Of a stretch of DNA of 64,000 nucleotides, positions 1 to 12,308 are shown piece after piece. Every line of letters begins with the position of its first letter. The stretch's first letter is position 1. The DNA is from Glycera tridactyla (Eukaryota), in contig OZ286459.1 of assembly GCA_965644265.1 (NCBI GenBank), positions 108,004,001 to 108,068,000 of the forward strand, read 5' to 3'. Position numbers and translations under genes: made by a program. The notes under the pieces were generated by a model. It did no database searches, was not told where the DNA came from, and saw only the letters and a list, made by a program, of their open reading frames with translations.

Positions 1-30
1 ATCATGTAAATTACATCAAGCATGTATATA

Positions 31-207
31 CAGTCGAACCCACCCTAAGCATACACCGTGCCAGGCAAAAGCATATCTTGAGCAACCTTGCAGTATTCAT
101 GCGGCCAGATTATTTTCACTTCAATTTACCTGTACTTAGCATGCACCTGTTCTAAGCATGCACCTTTGTTTCTTCTCTAAGGAGCATGCTTGGCACAGGT
201 TTAACTC
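31..207. mobile_element. Small Tc1/mariner-type MITE
   Basis: Flanked by TA on both sides. Left end CAGTCGAACC; right end GGTTTAACTC, a 7/10 match to its reverse complement. Internal AAGCAT/GCATGC repeats; no ORF. Confidence 0.55.
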
Positions 208-619
208 TATACGGAAGAGGGAAGATGTGTCTATTCGGAAGCTCGTTTTGAGTGAACTAAATGAATNNNNNNNNNNNNNNNNNNNNNNNNNNNNNNNNNN
301 NNNNNNNNNNNNNNNNNNNNNNNNNNNNNNNNNNNNNNNNNNNNNNNNNNNNNNNNNNNNNNNNNNNNNNNNNNNNNNNNNNNNNNNNNNNNNNNNNNNN
401 NNNNCTCCCTTCCTCTCTCTCATTCTCTCTTTCTCTCTCTCTGTTTGTGTTCGCGCGCGCGCGTGCACGTGTGTGGGTCGAGTATCTAGTGCCTGTAAGC
501 TCATCATTCCATGAATTCAGATTTCTTTCCATGTATCATAGTTGGGATTGGCCGCACACATTCGCCAAATGTATAGGGAAAGGTATGCACATACTACATA
601 TGTGTCTAGCAAGGCATAT

Positions 620-755
620 ATACGTCCGTATAAAGGCCGCCTGGTTATAAATGCCCCCCTAGGTCAAGAATAAATGATCTCTCCAAAATGGCCACCTGTC
701 TACAAAGGCCACTTCTAATGCGACCGAAAATAGCCTTTATCGACAGCTTCGACTG
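620..755. mobile_element. Partial MITE of the TACAGTC(G/A)AA family (right end only)
   Basis: Ends CAGCTTCGACTG-TA. Carries GGCCACCTGTCTACAAAGGCCAC, similar to the copies near 46960 and 54420. No left TIR seen. Confidence 0.45.
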
Positions 756-1130
756 TATATGAGATATAAATATTCGTATGTGATAGAATGTGTTATGACC
801 CTTACCCCCATTCCCTGCTGTCCTTTGCTGGCATAAAGAAAGGGAACGTGGTTGTCTGGTTGACAAAGTACTGTTTTAAGCCTCTTCACCCCATACCATA
901 GGATGCATAGACATCAATTTCATCTTCAATCTATGCCTTGTTTATGCACTGCTACTCATGTGTGTGTGTGTGTGGGGGGGGGGGCGGTGTTTGTGGGAGG
1001 ATGCACTTAGCATGGATTTTAACAATCAGGTGTTCATGCATTCTACTAACAATACTGATGTGTCGAATCCCTAACTGGTGATGGGATCTTAACTTTGTTT
1101 TCAACCTGACCTTTTCCCAGGGGTTATACT

Positions 1131-1295
1131 ATGAACAAAAGCAACATACATGACTTTCTTGCTTGCTTACTCTCTGAAAGTGATAATATTGGTCAGCCAT
1201 ACATGCTTTCTGTATGTGATTTACCAACTGTGTACGTTATTGATGCTATGGCATTTATATAGAGATATCAGCACATCGATGCTCAGTGTTTTTGA
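1131..1295 (+). pseudogene. N-terminal part of the XPG/FEN1-like nuclease of the Academ remnant
   Basis: Translates MNKSNIHDFLACLLSESDNIGQPYMLSVCDLPTVYVIDAMAFI*RYQH, resembling the first acidic motif (VIDxM) of PIN/XPG nucleases. Contains an in-frame stop. Confidence 0.55.
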
Positions 1296-1349
1296 GGATG
1301 CCTGCCTTGCAGGCATCCTTCTTACCACTCTCGTTTGGGACTGCAGTTT

Positions 1350-2120
1350 AGATGACAAAAAATGGAACAAATTTTAAACTTTTCTTTGGGGTAGAAGAAT
1401 GAGAGTCATAAACTGCTCCGATTGCTATGAAATCTTGTATGGTTGTTGTGAAAGCCTGTCTGCTTTGCATAGATCACTTGGATAGCTCTTTATGAGTCTA
1501 TCTTCCATGAAAATGGCTCCTACTTCCAGAAATTTCCATGTCAGCTCATTTTCGATCTTGGCTCGCCATCAGGTTTGACACCACTAATGATATGAATACT
1601 CTCTACTTTTTTCTGTTCATTTCAAACTGATGTTTCATTGCATTATCTGTGTATAAGTTTCAACATTTTAATCCTGGAAGCCATTTGAGCATTTAACACA
1701 CCATTTGTTCCTTCATAGATGGAATTTACATATTTCAGGTCAGGTTTGGAGATTAAGACAGCTCTGTGATGAATAAATGAGGCACCCACATGCAGACGGA
1801 AATGGGAAAGCAGACGACAAATATCGAACTAATGCTTTAAACGATTGCACGAGTCAATCCCTCAGCAGTAATTTGTGTCATATTCAAGCATAAACCTCGA
1901 GAATCTGTCGAATATTTGCCTTGAGTGGGTGAGCGTGCGTTGACTGCCTGAATGACTGGGGTTTAAAAGACCTTAAACCCGAACAATCAAGCAAATAATC
2001 AGTCACTACCTCATCTGGCATTCTTTTTTCGGCATAAAGGCCTAGTTTCTGATCTTCTCCTGAGATATTTTGCAAAGATACTTCAACTGCCACCAGACTG
2101 TTGCAATGAAATTCATTTCA
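1350..2120 (-). pseudogene. Probable inverted fragment of upstream Academ transposase coding sequence
   Basis: Minus-strand frames look like decayed coding sequence (NELTWKFLEVGAIFMEDRLIKE near 1490-1552; ORF 1884-2093). They sit between two plus-strand parts of the nuclease. Confidence 0.35.
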
Positions 2121-2129
2121 TTAGAGAAA

Positions 2130-3230
2130 GACATGACTCTAATCCTAAGATGAGTTTAAAGAGGGATAAACGGGTGTTACAAGGTGGATCAAGTTACCAT
2201 GTACCAGCAAAGTATGTCCCATGGCATATGACAATGTTGAGATTCCTGACATGAAACTCCCAATGTACTTTGCCAGAAGTAATACCAATATGCTCAGTTT
2301 TATAAGTGTAAGGATTCTCCCAGGTACCAGTAGTTTTCTTGGTGGAACATTCACAGACAAGACAAAGGCAGTTCAACTTCCCAGTGATTGACCACTGACC
2401 AATGAGAATCTCAGTTGTGAAAAACATGAAGAGGCTGATAGTAATATATTAGCACAAGCTGCTTTTCCAACCAATCAGTATGAACAGTTCTGAGTAGCCG
2501 TCCATGCCACTGACACTGATATTGTGATCTTATGTATGTACCATTTCTGCCATCTGCCTTCTTTGGTAAAACTGTGTATCCTGAAAAAATGATAGACATT
2601 CACCAGTGCATTAATTACCACAGATACTGTCAGAAAAGTATTACAGACAAGAGCATCATTGCTGCAGCACTGATGTATGCTTATCTACTGACAGGCTTTG
2701 ACAGTGTGAGTTACATTTATCGCTAAGGGAAGCACAGGCCCTGTAAATGGCAGATAGTTTCCTCAACATGACAATATTTGGCCATTGTGGTAACTCCAAA
2801 GCTGTCACAAACTTGGTTGTGAAGGAAGCCAGGGCACTCATTGTAGGTCTATATACACCTCAACATTTCAGTGATCTCAACATGTTGCGCCGACACATGT
2901 TTGCTTCCAGCAGGTCTGATTCATGGTCACTTCTCCCAACTGAGGATGCATTTTGTCAACATTCATTGCATGCTCTGTATCAACTCATTATCTACAAATG
3001 CACTCACAAGAGCAATATCTGCTTGCTACCAGTAACTGAATATGGGTGACATACCATAGATGGCAGACTGCAACCACTAATGATGACAAAGCCAGCAAAA
3101 CCAACATCTATTGAAGCAGTTTCATGAAACTGAAAAGGTGTCAAAATGCTGAATGTGCCAGATCAGATGTTTCTTGTTTTGTTGGGTGTGCCTGTGTGTG
3201 AGGATTCATATAGAAAATTCATCTGATAAA
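2130..3230 (+). pseudogene. C-terminal XPG-like nuclease and Cys-rich region (first copy)
   Basis: FLGGTFTDKTKAVQLPSD*PLTNENLSCEKHEEADSNILAQAA...*VAVHATDTDIVILCMYHF, then (frameshift) LLTGFDSVSYIYR*GK, then LLPTEDAFCQHSLHALYQ...YG*...DGRLQPLMMTKPAKP. Multiple stops. Confidence 0.75.
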
Positions 3231-6200
3231 GACGAACCTTATCAGGTGAGTGTGGTACCAACCCCTGTTTCTTTTGAGAGGTCAGCATGGCACTGACTAC
3301 AGTTTTCAGCCTATGGTGGCAACTGAATTTTATTTTTGAACACTTATTCGAATTCCCAAACCTATTTTAGTGCATAAGAAATAGCTTCAACGTTACATGA
3401 ATGGAAATTTTTCATCCAGTATATGATTTCTGTGCAAAGCTTGATGCTCGGGAAATGGTTTGTCGTTTCATATGATTGATTGTTTTACCAATTTCCATTG
3501 TCAGCAACACCTTGTTATGTTTTATTAGCAGATTGGTTAAGGTGAATTACAATGGTTGCTTTTGATAAAATTATCATTATAGGAACAACAGACTGTACAA
3601 GTGATTGATATGTCCAATAAAATTTTGATTCCCTGTTTTTTCACATAATTATCACCCATTTTCCTACATTAGAATATCAGTTTAACTTCCCAGTGATTGA
3701 CCACTGACCAATGAGAATCTCAGTTGTGAAAAACATGAAGAGGCTGATAGTAATATATTAGCACAAGCTGCTTTTCCGACTAATCAGTATGAACAGTTCT
3801 GAGTAGCCGTCCATGCCACTGACACTGATATTGTGATCTTATGTATGTTCCATTTCTGCCATCTGCCTTCTGTGGTAAAACTGTGTATCCTGAAAAAATG
3901 ATAGACATTCACCAGTGCATTAATTACCACAGATACTGTCAGAAAAGTATTACAGACAAGAGCATCATTGCTGCAGCACTGATGTATGCTTATCTACTGA
4001 CAGGCTTTGACAGTGTGAGTTACATTTATCGCTAAGGGAAGCACAGGCCCTGTAAATGGCAGATAGTTTCCTCAACATGACAATATTTGGCCATTGTGGT
4101 AACTCCAAAGCTGTCACAAACTTGGTTGTGAAGGAAGCCAGGGCACTCATTGTAGGTCTATATACACCTCAACATTTCAGTGATCTCAACATGTTGCGCC
4201 GACACATGTTTGCTTCCAGCAGGTCTGATTCATGGTCACTTCTCCCAACTGAGGATGCATTTTGTCAACATTCATTGCATGCTCTGTATCAACTCATTAT
4301 CTACAAATGCACTCACAAGAGCAATATCTGCTTGCTACCAGTAACTGAATATGGGTGACATACCATAGATGGCAGACTGCAACCACTAATGATGACAAAG
4401 CCAGCAAAACCAACATCTATTGAAGCAGTTTCATGAAACTGAAAAGGTGTCAAAATGCTGAATGTGCCAGATCAGATGTTTCTTGTTTTGTTGGGTGTGC
4501 CTGTGTGTGAGGATTCATATAGAAAATTCATCTGATAAAGACGAACCTTATCAGGTGAGTGTGGTACCAACCCCTGTTTCTTTTGAGAGGTCAGCATGGC
4601 ACTGACTACAGTTTTCAGCCTATGGTGGCAACTGAATTTTATTTTTGAACACTTATTCGAATTCCCAAACCTATTTTAGTGCATAAGAAATAGCTTCAAC
4701 GTTACATGAATGGAAATTTTTCATCCAGTATATGATTTCTGTGCAAAGCTTGATGCTCGGGAAATGGTTTGTCGTTTCATATGATTGATTGTTTTACCAA
4801 TTTCCATTGTCAGCAACACCTTGTTATGTTTTATTAGCAGATTGGTTAAGGTGAATTACAATGGTTGCTTTTGATAAAATTATCATTATAGGAACAACAG
4901 ACTGTACAAGTGATTGATATGTCCAATAAAATTTTGATTCCCTGTTTTTTCACATAATTATCACCCATTTTCCTACATTAGAATATCAGTTTAACTTCCC
5001 AGTGATTGACCACTGACCAATGAGAATCTCAGTTGTGAAAAACATGAAGAGGCTGATAGTAATATATTAGCACAAGCTGCTTTTCCGACTAATCAGTATG
5101 AACAGTTCTGAGTAGCCGTCCATGCCACTGACACTGATATTGTGATCTTATGTATGTTCCATTTCTGCCATCTGCCTTCTGTGGTAAAACTGTGTATCCT
5201 GAAAAAATGATAGACATTCACCAGTGCATTAATTACCACAGATACTGTCAGAAAAGTATTACAGACAAGAGCATCATTGCTGCAGCACTGATGTATGCTT
5301 ATCTACTGACAGGCTTTGACAGTGTGAGTTACATTTATCGCTAAGGGAAGCACAGGCCCTGTAAATGGCAGATAGTTTCCTCAACATGACAATATTTGGC
5401 CATTGTGGTAACTCCAAAGCTGTCACAAACTTGGTTGTGAAGGAAGCCAGGGCACTCATTGTAGGTCTATATACACCTCAACATTTCAGTGATCTCAACA
5501 TGTTGCGCCGACACATGTTTGCTTCCAGCAGGTCTGATTCATGGTCACTTCTCCCAACTGAGGATGCATTTTGTCAACATTCATCGCATGCTCTGTATCA
5601 ACTCATTATCTACAAATGCACTCACAAGAGCAATATCTGCTTGCTACCAGTAACTGAATATGGGTGACATACCATAGATGGCAGACTGCAACCACTAATG
5701 ATGACAAAGCCAGCAAAACCAACATCTATTGAAGCAGTTTCATGAAACTGAAAAGGTGTCAAAATGCTGAATGTGCCAGATCAGATGTTTCTTGTTTTGT
5801 TGGGTGTGCCTGTGTGTGAGGATTCATATAGAAAATTCATCTGATAAAGACGAACCTTATCAGGTGAGTGTGGTACCAACCCCTGTTTCTTTTGAGAGGT
5901 CAGCATGGCACTGACTACAGTTTTCAGCCTATGGTGGCAACTGAATTTTATTTTTGAACACTTATTCGAATTCCCAAACCTATTTTAGTGCATAAGAAAT
6001 AGCTTCAACGTTACATGAATGGAAATTTTTCATCCAGTATATGATTTCTGTGCAAAGCTTGATGCTCGGGAAATGGTTTGTCGTTTCATATGATTGATTG
6101 TTTTACCAATTTCCATTGTCAGCAACACCTTGTTATGTTTTATTAGCAGATTGGTTAAGGTGAATTACAATGGTTGCTTTTGATAAAATTATCATTATAG

Positions 6201-7606
6201 GAACAACAGACTGTACAAGTGATTGATATGTCCAATAAAATTTTGATTCCCTGTTTTTTCACATAATTATCACCCATTTTCCTACATTAGAATATCAGTT
6301 TAACTTCCCAGTGATTGACCACTGACCAATGAGAATCTCAGTTGTGAAAAACATGAAGAGGCTGATAGTAATATATTAGCACAAGCTGCTTTTCCGACTA
6401 ATCAGTATGAACAGTTCTGAGTAGCCGTCCATGCCACTGACACTGATATTGTGATCTTATGTATGTTCCATTTCTGCCATCTGCCTTCTGTGGTAAAACT
6501 GTGTATCCTGAAAAAATGATAGACATTCACCAGTGCATTAATTACCACAGATACTGTCAGAAAAGTATTACAGACAAGAGCATCATTGCTGCAGCACTGA
6601 TGTATGCTTATCTACTGACAGGCTTTGACAGTGTGAGTTACATTTATCGCTAAGGGAAGCACAGGCCCTGTAAATGGCAGATAGTTTCCTCAACATGACA
6701 ATATTTGGCCATTGTGGTAACTCCAAAGCTGTCACAAACTTGGTTGTGAAGGAAGCCAGGGCACTCATTGTAGGTCTATATACACCTCAACATTTCAGTG
6801 ATCTCAACATGTTGCGCCGACACATGTTTGCTTCCAGCAGGTCTGATTCATGGTCACTTCTCCCAACTGAGGATGCATTTTGTCAACATTCATCGCATGC
6901 TCTGTATCAACTCATTATCTACAAATGCACTCACAAGAGCAATATCTGCTTGCTACCAGTAACTGAATATGGGTGACATACCATAGATGGCAGACTGCAA
7001 CCACTAATGATGACAAAGCCAGCAAAACCAACATCTATTGAAGCAGTTTCATGAAACTGAAAAGGTGTCAAAATGCTGAATGTGCCAGATCAGATGTTTC
7101 TTGTTTTGTTGGGTGTGCCTGTGTGTGAGGATTCATATAGAAAATTCATCTGATAAAGACGAACCTTATCAGGTGAGTGTGGTACCAACCCCTGTTTCTT
7201 TTGAGAGGTCAGCATGGCACTGACTACAGTTTTCAGCCTATGGTGGCAACTGAATTTTATTTTTGAACACTTATTCGAATTCCCAAACCTATTTTAGTGC
7301 ATAAGAAATAGGTTCAACGTTACATGAATGGAAATTTTTCATCCAGTATATGATTTCTGTGCAAAGCTTGATGCTCGGGAAATGGTTTGTCGTTTCATAT
7401 GATTGATTGTTTTACCAATTTCCATTGTCAGCAACACCTTGTTATGTTTTATTAGCAGATTGGTTAAGGTGAATTACAATGGTTGCTTTTGATAAAATTA
7501 TCATTATAGGAACAACAGACTGTACAAGTGATTGATATGTCCAATAAAATTTAGATTCCCTGTTTTTTCACATAATTATCACCCATTTTCCTACATCAAA
7601 ATATCA
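2369..7606 (+). repeat. Tandem array, 4 x 1309 bp, near-identical units
   Basis: Units start at 2369, 3678, 4987 and 6296. The ORF track recurs with a 1309 period (2532/3841/5150/6459). Only a few substitutions separate the units. Confidence 0.97.
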
Positions 7607-7924
7607 TTTTCTGGTTTTTTACTCACAAAATTATTGTTGAAATCTGGCGACAGACTCACACCTTTGCATGAGAAAGTCAAGGAACCTATATATGTGTGAA
7701 ATATTTACAGAATATCATCATAGAGCAAACTTATTGGGGTGCACTTTGTATGTGAGCTGGCCAAAATGACCCTTTTTGGAGACAATAGGTCCTGTCATGT
7801 TTTGTCCTCTACCATACAAGGCAAGAGGATATCTCTTAGTATCTTACTTTCCCATAATCCTGAGATATTAGTGCTTATGATAAGATGAGATACAAAAATA
7901 TATCTTTCCGGGCACTTTCTTGAG

Positions 7925-7943
7925 AGGTCTGGCTCCCTGACTA
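7925..7943 (+). mobile_element. Possible DNA-transposon terminus (AGGTCTGGCTCCCTGACTA)
   Basis: Resembles ...GGTCTGG...GACTA ends of non-autonomous invertebrate DNA elements (recalled). No matching left end found. Confidence 0.2.
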
Positions 7944-10900
7944 ATACCAGAGATGCAAGAAAATCACAAAGAAATAGACACCAAGATTCAATAGCTCTAT
8001 CTTTCTCTTTCTCACTTACATGCTGCGGATAACCGGTACCTCACTCAATGCGAGCGAGAGAATCTCATACAAAATTGCCTGAGGATGCGTGCAGGAGAGT
8101 GGATATAAGTAGGGACATCGTGCATAATTCAAGGTCTTCTATTGGATTTAGTATGAGTTGAGTACGAGTCACAGTTATTCACCTGAAGGGACATCTGCAT
8201 GCAATTTATCACATTAAGTAACAGAGGAAGATACAGATTCACTGCCTTGGTGAATACCTCTCTCAGACATTCACTCACTCCTGTCTCTTGATTGGCCATC
8301 AGTAACCATCTAGGCCATTGAATGTGAATGGTTAGTGACAGCTGATAATACACGAGCATTCTGCACATGATCCAAAGCCTTGCTCTGATCCTGCCGTTTG
8401 AAAAGGGACCAAAGTTTAATATACAAATACCTCATTTTGGTAACTAGTGTCACCAAACATGAAGGATTATGGTAATATTCAAAGGACCGATTTGGTGACT
8501 GGGCAAAGTTTCAAACGGTTTGTCAAATCATTCTGTTAATTCTCTGTTCCACCAGGTGCTAAAATGTCAGGTGTAGCTGTCTCTCGGGAGCTCATCTATT
8601 TCTCTCTTTCTCTCTCCCCATCTCCCTCTCTCTCTCTCCATCAATGCAACAGTCTGCCAATCCATAGGTGGTGTTATTATACAGTCTGAACTGCTGCACA
8701 CCCCTTCTACACACATGCGAAGACCACCTGCCCACAAAGGGCACCTTGAGCAGTGGTCATGAGAGTGCTTCATGCAGTGAACAACCTGTCCATAAAGTAA
8801 CCGAAGGTGGAGTGGCAGACAGACAGCCAGCCAATCAGACACCAATTCAGGGAAGAGAATGTGACTATCAAAAACAGGATGCTCAGGGGAAATTTGTGTG
8901 GGAGAGTCATTACTTGTGGGTTTGAATGCAGTGTAATCTACTGTCCATCTGGCATAGTCAGCAACGCTGTCCTTACTTGTCTTTCATGATTACGTTGCTT
9001 TCCTACTGGTACACAGTTCAGTTTTTTCCAACTGCTTCATTCCTCCTGCCCCATACATCTTCTGAGATGGTACCACATTTCTTTACTTTGATTTTTCAGT
9101 TTTGATCCAACTGTCTGTAACTTTCATATCGAATGGGAATCTGTGCAATGATCCTGTTAATTCAATGTTGCTTGAATTCCCATAATGGCATTCAAATATC
9201 ACACATTCTCCCAGATCAATCAAACAAAACTCGTTTTCTCTAAGCCCTGGCCAATATACGGTCATCCATAGAGTGACATTTCCCAATAGATCATGAGATC
9301 AACGAATTTTGGGTCAACGATTAAATTTCTTATTGGGTATGTATCCCGGACAACGTAGCCATGGCTTCACGCCTGGTCTCTTCCAGCATCCCATACCCAT
9401 CCTCTGCTTCCTTCCTGTTATTGATTGCCCTTTGTCTTTTCTCCCCAAATAAAAAACTCCATTATCAATTACTGCCGCCATTTCATCTGACATACATACC
9501 ACCTCTTCATCACATATCGGATTTTCCTTTCCGAACATGAAGAGTGTAATGCCAAAAGGGAATTCCTTAGGGTAAATACTCGAATGAGTCAAAGTATAAA
9601 ATCGTTTGTTCCCTAGGCATAGAATATATGTGGTGCAAAACGCGTCAAACAGCGGCTACCAGATGGTGATTGATTGATTGATTGATTGTTTATCATCTCA
9701 CATCCTTTCAACGCATGTAGGGCTATTCTATGATGACTAAAACCACTCATTTCTGGCATCTTGCACCGATGTAACACAATATCCCCTATAATAGGGAATC
9801 TCATATCAACTTCTTGCATTGGGTTTCCCTCGGATATTCTACATGTTTACCACTGTGAAATAGATATGATTCTCGCATTTAAAGAATGGGGCGCTTTCGC
9901 AAATGGTTGTGTTTCGAGATGCAGTCTAGGTCAGTCAGGATTGATATTGCCAAACTGTCAAAGTCACATAAGATTCTATCTCTCAAAAGACTCCATATCA
10001 AACCAGTGAAACACCTGATCATTCAGGCTTACAGAATCAAATCTTGGTGAGCATATCCAAACAATAACCAGCAATAGTTGCACAATTGCTTCTCAGAGAT
10101 ACCTATGGTCGTCTGAAATCAACAGAATGTAGCTCTGGCCTCTTGAATAAGATCCTAGATTGCCTCTCCAATGCATACCTCGGGCAGCTCTCATATCACT
10201 CTTTCGAGAGTTCTGCTCAATAATCAGGAAGTTGCCACCATTGAAGTGGAAAACAACAATGTATCACATTACCATTAACCAGCCCCCCCCCCCATCTCCT
10301 ATACAGCACATCTTTCTGCAAACGAGGCATTTTCCTTGAGTTTGTACACCTTGAACATTGTCCCTCGAAAGATGTACTACATTATATATGAATCTCTCCT
10401 AGTTTGCTTCAAGTGAGCTCACCCTATCACAGACTGCCAACTTTTGGATGATTGGGGGCAGGTCTATTCCCGATTGATGTTTATGCATCGATTGCAATGG
10501 TTTAGTTCCAGGGATGGTTCCATGGGTTCATTATGTCTCAATAACCAAGGTGTCATATATAGGGAATCGTAGCCATTATATTTCAGGGTGTGCCACAAGG
10601 TGTAGTCTGTGACAGCAGCACCGGAAAGATCACAACTTCTCGGGCCTTGACAATGCCAATGATGACATGACACGGTCGAAAATAGTCGAACACGTTAGTC
10701 TACACTTTGCTTCGACCTCGATTAGACATGATGTTGCTAGGAGTCCTCATGGGAGCGACGGTACCATTCTGACCAAGCTAAATCAAGTAGGTAACGAGGG
10801 CCCAAGCAGCAATAGTGTATTATCACACTTACACCTGTATGAAGCCCAGACAGGCATCGATACCAGATTTGACAGCACTGGAATCACGGGGATCATGGCA

Positions 10901-12240
10901 CTGACATTGAGTTCACTCTGTCATAGGAAATGTTTGATGTGACAGTGGAACTTCAAATGAGTATTTGGACTTCTCCAATTAAAAGAGATGACCATAGTCA
11001 TTGTCCACCATGCCATGTACATCGAACCTGTTCACGAAGATCATCAATGATCACAGAATGTCCAAAACGCGGGTACCAGGCACACCAGTTCTGGGTTACT
11101 AGGGCTTCGACTAGGTTTACTAGGTCGTGTGATGGCACCGTACTGCAAGCATAGGGCACCCATCATTGTAAAGCTGGTTTGAAATTGACAGCTCGTAATT
11201 GAATGCATTGGCTGAGTATTATCCGAACCTAATGCTTTCCCCTGATTCAAGTACTGCTCTTTGCGATAAAAATAATAATGATAAAGCATAGCTATCAGGC
11301 GTGAGTGTTAGCATCAAGCCAATTGCATAGTTGGATATGCTATCGTCAGGTTTACTATGTTCATGTTAGGTAGTTAGATGGTCATCTGGACTGTGAGCTA
11401 CTTCCACTTGACAACCATTCAGGTGCCATTCATCTTGTGTCTAGGGTTTGTGGGAGTAAAGTCTACAGGGAAGAGAACATCTAGCATTCATTGACCAGGA
11501 ACACATGCCATACATAATCCTGTGTGTTGATACATGCCATTTTACCTCAAACAAACAAGACACAGAAAGTCGTCTCTGTATTCAGACGGCCCTGTCAGAG
11601 TTTAATGAAATGTATGATCCCAAAGCATTATATATGATATATATTCCTGAAATGTGCATGTTCTGTCCTGCAGGCAGAGGCGAGGATGGGTGCGACAGGT
11701 TCTTGTTTGGTAGTAGCTGACAGTTCAGACACCCTTCTTCCCACCTGACACGATCTATATTACAGAGGGCTTAAACTCAAGCTTGACAGCAATGCTTTCA
11801 CTGTCTACTTCTAGCGATGATTGATTGATTGATTGATTGATTGAGTGAGTGAGTGATGTTGAATACCTTTCAACCCAGGTTGGGGTGTGTGAGACCTGAG
11901 GGATAGGTCGGTTCTCAAAAATATTCTCTGGACAATACTACGACTGTGAAAATCTATTACTGGTATTTTGAATGATTCCTGCATTTATCGTGTTTTTGCT
12001 TTTTGTGAAGAGTAAAATCACTTCTAAATTGAGAAAGTACTCTTGTCGATGACATCTTCCTGATCTTCGCAAAACCACAGGATGGATACCTACATGCGTA
12101 TATACTGATACAGTGTTTGTATTTTTCTGCATATGCAGAAATTATATTCATTCAAGCAACTGGGCCCAGAAATCAGTTGACACTGACATGATGTACATTG
12201 ATGTGGCCCTGGATTTCTCTTGATGAGAAAAAAATATATG

Positions 12241-12308
<68 letters not shown>
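12241..12308. repeat. (GATA)n microsatellite
   Basis: About 17 perfect units. Confidence 0.97.

Larger units (their letters stand above)
1100..7790 (+). mobile_element. Degenerate Academ (AcademX-type) DNA transposon remnant with internal inversion and tandem amplification
   Basis: Stop- and frameshift-ridden frames carry XPG/FEN1-like motifs in order: VIDAMAFI (~1236), HEEADS (2425), TDTDIVIL, LTGFDSVSY, LLPTEDAFCQH..ALYQ, then a decayed Cys-rich tail (RCQNAECARSDVSCFVGCAC). XPG nuclease plus Cys8 finger is the known AcademX architecture. Outer boundaries are approximate. Confidence 0.7.

Noticed and set aside
136-650. ORFs spanning N-runs here and at the other gaps
   Set aside because: Open only because N translates as X.
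2369-7606. CRISPR-like or functional multi-gene array
   Set aside because: Units are 1309 bp, near-identical, have no spacers and share inactivating stops; eukaryotic context.
10430-11160. GVPQG and PRSCDLS motifs suggesting LINE RT, integrase or mariner transposase
   Set aside because: Isolated short motifs on opposite strands without the neighbouring conserved blocks; family cannot be assigned.
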